Virus record (IMG/VR): IMGVR_UViG_3300007351_000004
Direction: 5' to 3' (one strand)
Length of the DNA stretch: 64,000 nucleotides
DNA from: a virus
Each line of letters starts with the position of its first letter. Position 1 is the stretch's first letter. This document shows, one piece after another, positions 30,893-38,824 of the stretch. The notes beneath the pieces are model-generated. The model searched no databases, was not told where the DNA came from, and worked only from the letters and a program-made list of their open reading frames with translations. Both the position numbers and the translations under genes were made by a program.

Positions 30893-31309
30893 ATGAATAA
30901 AATTATTGTCTACGGCGATGGTGGGTGTGAATCGAACGGCACAAAAGATGCAAAAGCATACGGATCTTTTATTGTGCAGACACATTTAGGTGGAGCGACA
31001 ATTTATCAACACGCCAGCGGTCGATTAGATTTTGGAGATCCTGCTACTAACAATGTTGCTGAAATTAAAACGTTTATTGCAGCAATAGAGTATGTGCTAT
31101 CTAGGGACGACAGTAGTGTGATCTCTTATCCTGTACTTTATTATACTGACAGTCAGCTAGTTGTCAATTGGTTGAACGGCAACTGGAAATGCAAACAGTC
31201 TCATTTGGTTCCTTTAGTGGAAGAGGCTCGTAGATTGATGCGTCGTTTTATGTCTTTATCGGTAGAGTGGGTATCACGAGAAACTATCGAGAAGATTTTG
31301 GGGCATTAG
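30893..31309 (+). CDS. rnhA: Ribonuclease HI
   Basis: YGDGGC...TNNVAEI...YTDSQLVV...WVSRE. Confidence 0.88.
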   Translation: MNKIIVYGDGGCESNGTKDAKAYGSFIVQTHLGGATIYQHASGRLDFGDPATNNVAEIKTFIAAIEYVLSRDDSSVISYPVLYYTDSQLVVNWLNGNWKCKQSHLVPLVEEARRLMRRFMSLSVEWVSRETIEKILGH

Positions 31310-32030
31310 GTATGAAAGACTATCTGGCATTTCTGGCTTTGTGTCTGGTTCTGGCGTTCTTTTACGTTCTGTTGTTCGGATAGGGAGAGTATAACGTGAA
31401 AGCGTTCTTTCGTGATCTGGTAGTTCCTATTCTGGTGTACGTTGGTTTTGGACTCCTTGTTGTTCTGTTTATTCTGGCGGCGGGCGGTACATCAGACGAG
31501 ACTCCGATGACAGATGTTTTCTACGGTCTGCTGTCTGAGAACAACCTGCGCATGACGGGCGGGATCGTATGTGAGGATAGCCGGTGTGATTTCGATGTGC
31601 AGTGGTCGCTAGTAGAGGGCGCACGATGAAGTGCTACTTGTGCGGAAAGGCGTCTCGTGATAAGTTGTGCCCCAGGTGCGCCCGTAAGAAAAACAAGCCC
31701 CTGTTTATTATTAATTACGAGACATTGGACTTTGTTTACACTGGAGACAGCCCAAAAGGGCACAAGGCTAAAGTCAAGCGAGTCAAACCGCGCAAAGTGG
31801 GGCACATCTGGACTTATAAATACCGTTGCACGACGCATTATAAATACCGAGTCAAAAAAGTCCAAAAAGTGCCTCTATTTTGAAAAAAGTGACGGTTGTG
31901 TATGTTTAGACCTTTTCTGGAAAACGACCCCTATAATTATGGGGTTTTGTCAGATGTCTAGCCGAAGACTCAAGCCCTATTTTTCAGGTTCTCAAATTTA
32001 AAGTGGAGACAGCGGCTGAAATGTCAAAAA

Positions 32031-32441
32031 TTGGAGATTTTTATGAGATTCAAATTTGATCCCCAAGCTTTTTGGGACAGTATTCCATCTGAGGACTCTC
32101 CATACTGGCCCGCCATCTGTATTGACTTCAATGGAGTAATTGATTCTTACACAGGTTGGAACGGGAAGGTAGAAGATCATCCCCCCGCCCCTAACGCGAG
32201 ATGGTTCCTGGAAAAGATTCGCGTTCGGTTTTCAACCGTAATTATTTTAACTGCCACTCGTCCTTATACGAAGGTGGAAGACTGGTTCATCAAGTACGAG
32301 TTAGATCACCTGATTGATTACGTGACAAACGTAAAGGTTCCGGCAGTGTGTTACGTGGATGATCGCGCCATCTTGCATGACGGAGACTTTTATCATACAT
32401 TGGTAGATATTGAGCGGTTTAAGCCGCATTGGGAGAAATAA
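32031..32441 (+). CDS. HAD-superfamily hydrolase-like protein
   Basis: ICIDFNGVI (DxN variant of DxD), ILTATR, YVDDRA. Confidence 0.7.
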   Translation: MEIFMRFKFDPQAFWDSIPSEDSPYWPAICIDFNGVIDSYTGWNGKVEDHPPAPNARWFLEKIRVRFSTVIILTATRPYTKVEDWFIKYELDHLIDYVTNVKVPAVCYVDDRAILHDGDFYHTLVDIERFKPHWEK

Positions 32442-32442
32442 T

Positions 32443-33072
32443 ATGTTATCTAATACAGAATATGAAATTACAAATGAAGATGAGAAATATAGGGTTAAGG
32501 TTGAGTATGAGTCTGTTCAGGGGTGTTTCAGGCAGATAACCTATATTACGGTATACGCTAATGCCGCTGTGGTAACGTGTGATAGCGAAGGATACGCATT
32601 ACAGGTTCGTCCCAACTCTTTCACTGTTTACGTTGTTGATCTTGTTTCTATCCGAAAAGTGGCTCTTGAGGGAAAACAAAAATTTTTACGTGAAATTAAC
32701 AGTGAAACAGTTTCCGTAAAAGATAATATCTTTGATAAGCCCGGCATTGAGAAGGAAATAATCTCAACAAAAGAGTTGCCTAAATTCCGATGGGGTTTGG
32801 GGGGAAACGAGATGATAGGTAAATCAACTATACACGTTAAATCAGGCGCGCAGCATAAACTCGTAGAGGTATATTATCAAATAGTTAATGGACGTATAGG
32901 AGACATTGATTCGATTATTGTTAAAGATACGACAGAAAAAGAGTATGTGCTTTTTTCTGCTGATCTAGAAATAGTGGGAGTTAACGCGGGATACTATTTA
33001 ACCCTTAAAAAGTTCAAAGAAGCAGCCCAGCAGGGGTTAGATAAATTTAAAAAAGAGATTGAAGGATCTTAG
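32443..33072 (+). CDS. Hypothetical protein
   Basis: Open frame, GGAG RBS before ATG 32443. Confidence 0.6.
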   Translation: MLSNTEYEITNEDEKYRVKVEYESVQGCFRQITYITVYANAAVVTCDSEGYALQVRPNSFTVYVVDLVSIRKVALEGKQKFLREINSETVSVKDNIFDKPGIEKEIISTKELPKFRWGLGGNEMIGKSTIHVKSGAQHKLVEVYYQIVNGRIGDIDSIIVKDTTEKEYVLFSADLEIVGVNAGYYLTLKKFKEAAQQGLDKFKKEIEGS

Positions 33073-33339
33073 ACATGCGACTCCTGATGCTCACGCTGCT
33101 AATAACATTGAGTGCCTGTTCGACGTGCGTCGTTTCAGATCCAGATACATATCTATATGATAGGCTGATCAGTGCGGGGCCGATATCAGCATAGAATAAT
33201 TCCCGTTCGGGTGGGTAGTTTGCCAGTCCTGCGCTATCAGTGGTGTAGCGGATGCCAGAAATATATGCCGCCCCATCTGTTTGCGAGTTACAAAAGTGTA
33301 TACTGTCGGAAATGCAAACAGAAAATTAACGAAAAGCAC

Positions 33340-33368
33340 TTGACAAAGCATAATTAGCATGATATAGT
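33340..33368 (+). promoter_or_regulatory. Sigma70 promoter of the RNA operon
   Basis: TTGACA-17-TATAGT; predicted +1 about 33375, the first G of the tmRNA-like RNA. Confidence 0.8.
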
Positions 33369-33374
33369 ATGTAC

Positions 33375-33462
33375 GGGTCTGAAGGTATTCGACAGGGAGA
33401 AAGTCAGCAGTTTAATCGCTGGCGAGTAAATCTGGACCGGGGCTCAATTCCCCGCAGATCCA
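33375..33462 (+). ncRNA. ssrA: Mini-tmRNA (tRNA-like domain only)
   Basis: GGGTCTG/CAGATCC acceptor with G3:U70 and A73; stemless D-loop ending TTCGACAGGG; 3' TGGAC-CGGGG-CTCAATT-CCCCG; only ~35 nt internal, no tag frame. Confidence 0.8.
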
Positions 33463-33465
33463 AAT

Positions 33466-33537
33466 GCCTGCTTAGTTTAACTGGCAAAACGCGCCATTTG
33501 TACTGGCGGAATCTCAGTTCAAGTCTGAGAGCGGGCT
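33466..33537 (+). tRNA. tRNA-Thr (anticodon TGT), CCA not encoded
   Basis: GCCTGCT/AGCGGGC acceptor, CGCCA-TT TGT AC-TGGCG, CTCAG-TTCAAGT-CTGAG. Confidence 0.9.
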
Positions 33538-33539
33538 TT

Positions 33540-33918
33540 GGTTGGTAGGAGGTTGGCTTAGAAGCAGCCATCCTTTAAAGAGTGCCGAGTGGAAGAGAGC
33601 GCCGATCTAACCAGTCGGGTAATCTCAAGTTCTGGTGCATGAGACGGGTGGTGCCCGGTAGCCGTGTCCCATCGGTATGTTGCGAAACCAGAATACCACA
33701 CGGAATGGTAGCACTCTAGGGCGTCCTAATAGAGAACCCGTACTATGTTTTTCCTTCTCTAGAACGATGAACTAGAGCAAGCCAGGGGTTGCTTGTATGT
33801 TTGCATAGTACGGGAGGAAATGCGAATTAACCTGTCGGGATCGGATATGGGATGGTCTTGGCAGCAATGCAAGCAACGTGGCCGTCTGAGGCTTTGGCGT
33901 AACAGCACACTACCAACC
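33540..33918 (+). ncRNA. 23S rRNA GTPase-associated-centre (H43/H44, L11 site) mimic split by a 313-nt structured insert
   Basis: 33544-33583 + 33897-33914 join to GGTAGGAGGTTGGCTTAGAAGCAGCCATCCTTTAAAGAGT|GCGTAACAGCACACTACC; closed by 9-bp GGTTGGTAG/CTACCAACC stem. Confidence 0.88.
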
Positions 33919-33920
33919 TT

Positions 33921-34063
33921 TTGCGACTGAACCTCTGCTAGTCGGAGTAGTAGGCCGCAACCGGGGGCGCTGGGCTCCCTTGTTATCCGCCCCAGCGATC
34001 TTGGTCTGTCGTTGGGTTTGATATGGGGCTTTGCCGTGTGCCCCAGACCAGAAACGCGGCAAA
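33921..34063 (+). ncRNA. Structured RNA segment with hairpins and a pseudoknot
   Basis: TTGCG/CGCAA, CGCTGGG/CCCAGCG, GGTCT/AGACC, GGGGC/GCCCC, loop TTTGCCG pairing with CGGCAAA. Confidence 0.5.
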
Positions 34064-34385
34064 ACTTTACATAAAGGATTGAACGTGGTTCCTCTACTCG
34101 CTTTCACTCTGCTGGTTTATATCGTTATCGGCTTTTTAATTATGCCCTGGTGGAATGCCGTGTTCGCTTTGTTTGCGGCTTTCTTGGGGGCGATGTGGGC
34201 TAAAGCACATGCCGAAGAAGATAATCGTTAAAAAATTTGGAGACGTGGATCTGGTGGTAACTAAAAATGTGGAAATGTTCTTAGTGTTGTCGCGTTGGTT
34301 GCGGTTTCGCATCTGGTTGGGGCTGAGATTAATTCATCTGGCGTCATTTGTGATGGGCATGGGATTTGAGGTAAAGGAAAAGTAG

Positions 34386-34976
34386 ATGGATTTTCTGCGA
34401 CAGGCGTATTTGGATTCTGTTTATTGGGCCAGCGATATTCTAGAGCGGGATTTTGTCGTGCTCGACACGGAAACAACTGACAAGATCGAAAATGGGGGCG
34501 AGATCATTCAGTTGGGCATTATCGATAAAGATGGTCATACTTTGATGGATCAGTTGATCAAGCCTAAAGGTAAAATCTCAGCGGGTGCAGCAAAAGTACA
34601 CGGCATTACCGAGAAAGATGTGGCTAAATCGCCCACGTTTGCCGATGTATATCCGCAACTTCAGGATATTCTAAGAGATAAGATCGTTGTTGCCTATAAT
34701 GCCGAATTTGATCGGAATATTCTGAATAACACCTGCGATTTGTATGATCTGGAGCATTTTCCGAATACGTGGCAGTGTGCCATGCTCGAATACGCCAAAT
34801 ACAATGGCGAGTGGCAGTCTAAGTTTAGTTCTTTTCGATGGAAAAAGTTGACAGATGCGGCAAGTCGGTTTAATATAGTGACAGACGGTGCTCACGATGC
34901 TTGCGCCGATGTGCGTATGACACTGCAGGTTATGAAGAAAATGTCAGAAGAATATATTCCTGCGATTGGAGAATAG
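34386..34976 (+). CDS. DEDDh 3'-5' exonuclease (DnaQ-like)
   Basis: VLDTETT, AYNAEFD, HDACAD. Confidence 0.9.
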   Translation: MDFLRQAYLDSVYWASDILERDFVVLDTETTDKIENGGEIIQLGIIDKDGHTLMDQLIKPKGKISAGAAKVHGITEKDVAKSPTFADVYPQLQDILRDKIVVAYNAEFDRNILNNTCDLYDLEHFPNTWQCAMLEYAKYNGEWQSKFSSFRWKKLTDAASRFNIVTDGAHDACADVRMTLQVMKKMSEEYIPAIGE

Positions 34977-35304
34977 CATGAAAACCGAAGGAGCAAAGTG
35001 GCAGGATCTCAAAGATACGATGGACTGGCACGGAGACATTACCGATCTCCGGCAGTTTACATTGATGGTCCTGCTCAAGTATTCAGAGAAGAACAAAGAG
35101 GCCGCTTTCTCAACTGCTCGATTCTATTTCGATCCTGACTTTGAGCCTACGGCAATGGATCGTAATTACCACGTTCGGGGTCGGGATGTGCTGTGGACCA
35201 CCTATCAATTTATTCGTCAAGAGTTAGGTGAGGATGCCGTGGATAAGATGTACCGTCTGCCCGTCAACGAGAGAGACTTGTTTGAGGCACTGATCAATGG
35301 CTGA
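34966..35304 (+). CDS. Hypothetical protein
   Basis: GGAG RBS, operon position. Confidence 0.6.
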   Translation: MENSMKTEGAKWQDLKDTMDWHGDITDLRQFTLMVLLKYSEKNKEAAFSTARFYFDPDFEPTAMDRNYHVRGRDVLWTTYQFIRQELGEDAVDKMYRLPVNERDLFEALING

Positions 35305-35608
35305 TAATTTTGATTTTGAAGACGAGTTCGAGCCTGCTGAGGTTTACGGGTATGAGGTTGCCGCCAAACCTGAGTCATCTATCCATAATGGATGTATCGA
35401 GTTTGTAGTCAGTAAAATTTGGATTAAGCAGGTTAGCAAACGGGGCGCTAACGAAGAGACGCGGAGTATTACCTACAGTACGCCGTGGGGCAAAGAAACT
35501 TCGGTCGTTGTTCCCTTTCAGGACGAATATGAAGTTCCAGAGGGAATGATCACTCTGGACAATCTAGAACACGCCATTCGTGAGTTGTTGGAGATGAAGG
35601 ATAAATAA
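35297..35608 (+). CDS. Hypothetical acidic protein
   Basis: Overlap-coupled ORF. Confidence 0.6.
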   Translation: MADNFDFEDEFEPAEVYGYEVAAKPESSIHNGCIEFVVSKIWIKQVSKRGANEETRSITYSTPWGKETSVVVPFQDEYEVPEGMITLDNLEHAIRELLEMKDK

Positions 35609-35609
35609 C

Positions 35610-36767
35610 ATGGGATTCAGCTTTCTAGGTGACGAAAATCTTGATCCAATGGAAGAGTTTGAACGGTGTTCGAGAGGCACCTATAAGATCAACGGAATTA
35701 CCAAGTGGATTTCTAGGGATGAAAACGACAACCCTGTCTGGGAGTACGACGAACTTCGGCAAGATCTGGTTGTTAAATGTGAACTTCGGCGGGTAGACGG
35801 CGAGACAGGTCCTGCCTGGTCGGGCACACCGCTGGATATGTCGTTGCTGGTCCGCGCTTTCGGCGGCGATATTCACGCGCTGCCTAAGAAAAAGAACACG
35901 ACTGAGTTTCTGGTTAAAGCCGAAGCGCTGATTGACAAATCAAACAGCACAGTTACGGCGGAAGTGGGCGATTCGGGTTGGGTGTCTTACATTCACGAGG
36001 CAACTCCCCCCGAAGGATACTACCAGGTTAAGTTAGTATACGCTCAAAGTCTGGATGGTAGCGTTCCGCTGACTTTCCAAAAGGGTCAGTTTGGCGATCA
36101 CGAACAACTCAAACTCTGGTTCGAGATTGTGGGTAATATGCTAGGTAACGAGACTCCCTACGATGGATACCGTTTCATCTACTATCTCAAGCAGGGATTT
36201 GATGGCACACACGAAGGCAAACCCAACCTGTTGATGACACAGAAGGGTGCCAAGTCTTATTCGGCTCGTCGCGTCGAAAAGCTGGCGGACATTTTTGCGC
36301 CGGAAGTGCTTGAGGGAGATTACGGGTGGAAGAATCCTGAAAATCCCATTGATGAAATTCTGAACATTGCTATTGAATCGGAACGAGTCGCAATCGGACA
36401 CTACACGTACAACTCTCCCCGACCGCCGAAGAAACCCCGCCTGGTACTGGACTTTGATTCGCTGGCCCCAGTCGATGAAGTGCCGGAAACACAAGAACCT
36501 GAAACGGATGAATCAGACGTTCCCCCGAATCTGTTTGCTCTGGTAGAATGGATTCACGGAGGGGAGCCAAAGGCTTTCGTGTCTTATCCGCCCCAGACGG
36601 TTGAGGATATCCAGTTGACGGATGCTGGTAAGAAGTGGGCAAATAAGCACATGGCAAAGTTGATGATCGACGCTCAGTTGGAGCCTAAAGCGAAACCGCT
36701 GGCTGAATTCACCGAAGAAGAGTGTGCGGCGCTCATGGGCGTTGTCTGGGGTGGCGGTTTCGCATGA
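35610..36767 (+). CDS. Hypothetical replication-module protein (possible ssDNA-binding protein)
   Basis: 385-aa acidic ORF upstream of primase; function only inferred from position. Confidence 0.55.
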   Translation: MGFSFLGDENLDPMEEFERCSRGTYKINGITKWISRDENDNPVWEYDELRQDLVVKCELRRVDGETGPAWSGTPLDMSLLVRAFGGDIHALPKKKNTTEFLVKAEALIDKSNSTVTAEVGDSGWVSYIHEATPPEGYYQVKLVYAQSLDGSVPLTFQKGQFGDHEQLKLWFEIVGNMLGNETPYDGYRFIYYLKQGFDGTHEGKPNLLMTQKGAKSYSARRVEKLADIFAPEVLEGDYGWKNPENPIDEILNIAIESERVAIGHYTYNSPRPPKKPRLVLDFDSLAPVDEVPETQEPETDESDVPPNLFALVEWIHGGEPKAFVSYPPQTVEDIQLTDAGKKWANKHMAKLMIDAQLEPKAKPLAEFTEEECAALMGVVWGGGFA

Positions 36768-37117
36768 AACGGCAGAGCTTGGGGCGGGTAAATTATCGTT
36801 CATCCCCCACCCGCCCCTTGCACATCACCGATCCACTCGCCTCGCGCTTCAATCCCCCGGTTGGCGACTCGCCGGGGGAGTTGTTTAAATATCTGATGGC
36901 GTGTCAGGTTAAAGCCTATGGCAAAACAATTTTATCGCTGCAGTCCAATCAATATATGCATATAAAACACTTGAAAAGCCTGCTTAATGAGTTTGATCCC
37001 TTGACAATTAAGAGAGCGATCCTGTATGCTAGTCTTAGATGCAGAAACCCGTTCGGGATACGGTGGATCAAAGTCTACGCTAAAAATATGAAGGATATGA
37101 TGGATGGGATTCGCTGA
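36764..37117 (+). CDS. Hypothetical basic protein
   Basis: ATGA overlap with previous gene. Confidence 0.6.
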   Translation: MKRQSLGRVNYRSSPTRPLHITDPLASRFNPPVGDSPGELFKYLMACQVKAYGKTILSLQSNQYMHIKHLKSLLNEFDPLTIKRAILYASLRCRNPFGIRWIKVYAKNMKDMMDGIR

Positions 37118-38060
37118 TCAGAGCATTTCTCCCAAAGTCTTGAAGCGGGAGATTAATATCCAGCAGGTTTTCGCGTATTTTGATATTGACATTGATGAAA
37201 ATAGTAAATGTCTGTGCCCTTTTCACGAAGACAAAAACCCGTCTATGTTAGTTAATTCCGAGTTTGCCTATTGTTTTGCCTGTGGTCGGGGGTGGGATGT
37301 CTTCGATTTTCTGAAAGACTACCTTCAGATAGAGTTTAACGATACGCTGTTCTGGCTCAACACCAACAAAGAATCGCTGCCCAATGTAAAAATTAAATCA
37401 AGAAGGCGGGGTGAATATCGCGGACCTGTCTCTCAGGAGTTGGTTCAGTATTGGCACTCATGCCTGACACATGAGCATCGGATGATTCTTCATGAAAAGA
37501 GACTCTTAACGGATGCTTTTATTGATCGCTGGTTATTGGGTTGGCGACCGGACTGGAACGCTTTCTCGATTCCTTTCTGGTCGGGTATTCCTCAGAAGAG
37601 CGAAATTGACATCGTTCAATTCAGGCTGACAGAGGAAAGTCCAGAGTTCATTACAAGATACACTCACGATTCCAAGTTCATTGGATTGCCGGGGCATAAC
37701 CGCCCCGCTCTGATAGGGATTCACTCTTTGAAAGATTGGGGTATCCTGGTTTTTGGGACATTTGACGCTCTCTTAGCGATACAGGACGGGTTTCCGTGTG
37801 TAAGCCCGAACGGTGCATCGGTGTTCTCGACTAAGAAAACCAAGCCGCGCATGGTTGAGATGCTGAAAGGTGTCAAGAGATTGTTTGTAGTTTACGATGC
37901 GACTGAGAGCGAAAGATCTTCCGCACAGAAAACAGTGAAAGATTTACCGTGTGATGTAATTGAGCGCGAGTTTGTTAAACACACGGATTACGGCGAATAC
38001 AGGCTGTATCATGATCCAGAAGAGTTTATGACCGAAATTTTAAAGTGGAGAATATCATGA
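37104..38060 (+). CDS. DNA primase (CHC2 zinc finger + Toprim-like)
   Basis: CLCPFHEDKNPS...YCFACG; GTFDAL; VVYDA. Confidence 0.85.
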   Translation: MGFADQSISPKVLKREINIQQVFAYFDIDIDENSKCLCPFHEDKNPSMLVNSEFAYCFACGRGWDVFDFLKDYLQIEFNDTLFWLNTNKESLPNVKIKSRRRGEYRGPVSQELVQYWHSCLTHEHRMILHEKRLLTDAFIDRWLLGWRPDWNAFSIPFWSGIPQKSEIDIVQFRLTEESPEFITRYTHDSKFIGLPGHNRPALIGIHSLKDWGILVFGTFDALLAIQDGFPCVSPNGASVFSTKKTKPRMVEMLKGVKRLFVVYDATESERSSAQKTVKDLPCDVIEREFVKHTDYGEYRLYHDPEEFMTEILKWRIS

Positions 38061-38428
38061 GAGTCTATCTGGCTGAACAAAGTGATATATGGGACTATGA
38101 TTTTGTAGAAGAATCTATGTATGGTGCTCAGGAAGAAACGTGGTGGAGGCAAGAGAGGCAAAGAAAAACAACTAGTATAAAATATGTTGCTGTGTTGAAT
38201 GAAAAAGGCGAGCCGGTAATACAGAAGAAGAAGGAAATTGAATACTCTTTTGGCTGGTTTGATTTTGGGAAAAATCACGGTGAAGACGATTATAATATGT
38301 GGAGAGACATACCCTATTCCGTGTTTTATCTGGAATTTGATACTTTGGAAGCGTTTGAGACTTTTTTCTATAAGTACGGGCTTGAACTGATTAAAGACAG
38401 TGAGCATTTAATTTTGGTGTTGGAGTAG
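38045..38428 (+). CDS. Hypothetical protein
   Basis: Open 127-aa frame. Confidence 0.6.
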   Translation: MENIMRVYLAEQSDIWDYDFVEESMYGAQEETWWRQERQRKTTSIKYVAVLNEKGEPVIQKKKEIEYSFGWFDFGKNHGEDDYNMWRDIPYSVFYLEFDTLEAFETFFYKYGLELIKDSEHLILVLE

Positions 38429-38824
38429 TTTATGATCTGGGAATATCTGGTTTGCGAATTCGACCGAGAGATTTTTCACGTCTCACCCGATCAGCATGAG
38501 CCGCAAGGAAAGTATGACATTCATGTTTTGGGTGAGCGGGGATGGGAGTTAGTAAACATCAGTGGATGGCAACTCTCACGAGCGGTTGCAATCTTTAAGC
38601 GCCCAAATTCTGAGACTGATTCAGATGGGTGCGGGGCTGGTTGCAATTGCGCACATGAGGTATTCGGCTAATGGTGTGCCGGTGGTGGGTTTCGTTGAAT
38701 ACCTGAAAACTGCATCAACACACTTTGATATGCTCGACTTTATAGACAGTCTAGAGGGTGTTATTGACTCTAATACGCTCGAAGGCTTAATTCTATACTG
38801 GTCAGACTACTTTCTAGGGAACAC

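Noticed and set aside
33584-33896. Canonical group I or group II intron call
   Set aside because: AAGCAACGTGG resembles an IE-type S element but I found no matching P7 5' strand with a G-C G-site; no GUGYG start, AY end or domain V. Kept as an unclassified insert
33540-33918. A real 23S rRNA gene or host contamination
   Set aside because: Only the 58-nt domain matches; the flanks are non-rRNA, pair with each other, and sit between phage genes
33910-34107. ORF 33910-34107 (-) and the N-terminal extension of 34031-34231 (+)
   Set aside because: They overlap the structured RNA with no RBS; the plausible start of the next gene is GTG at about 34084 after AAGGA
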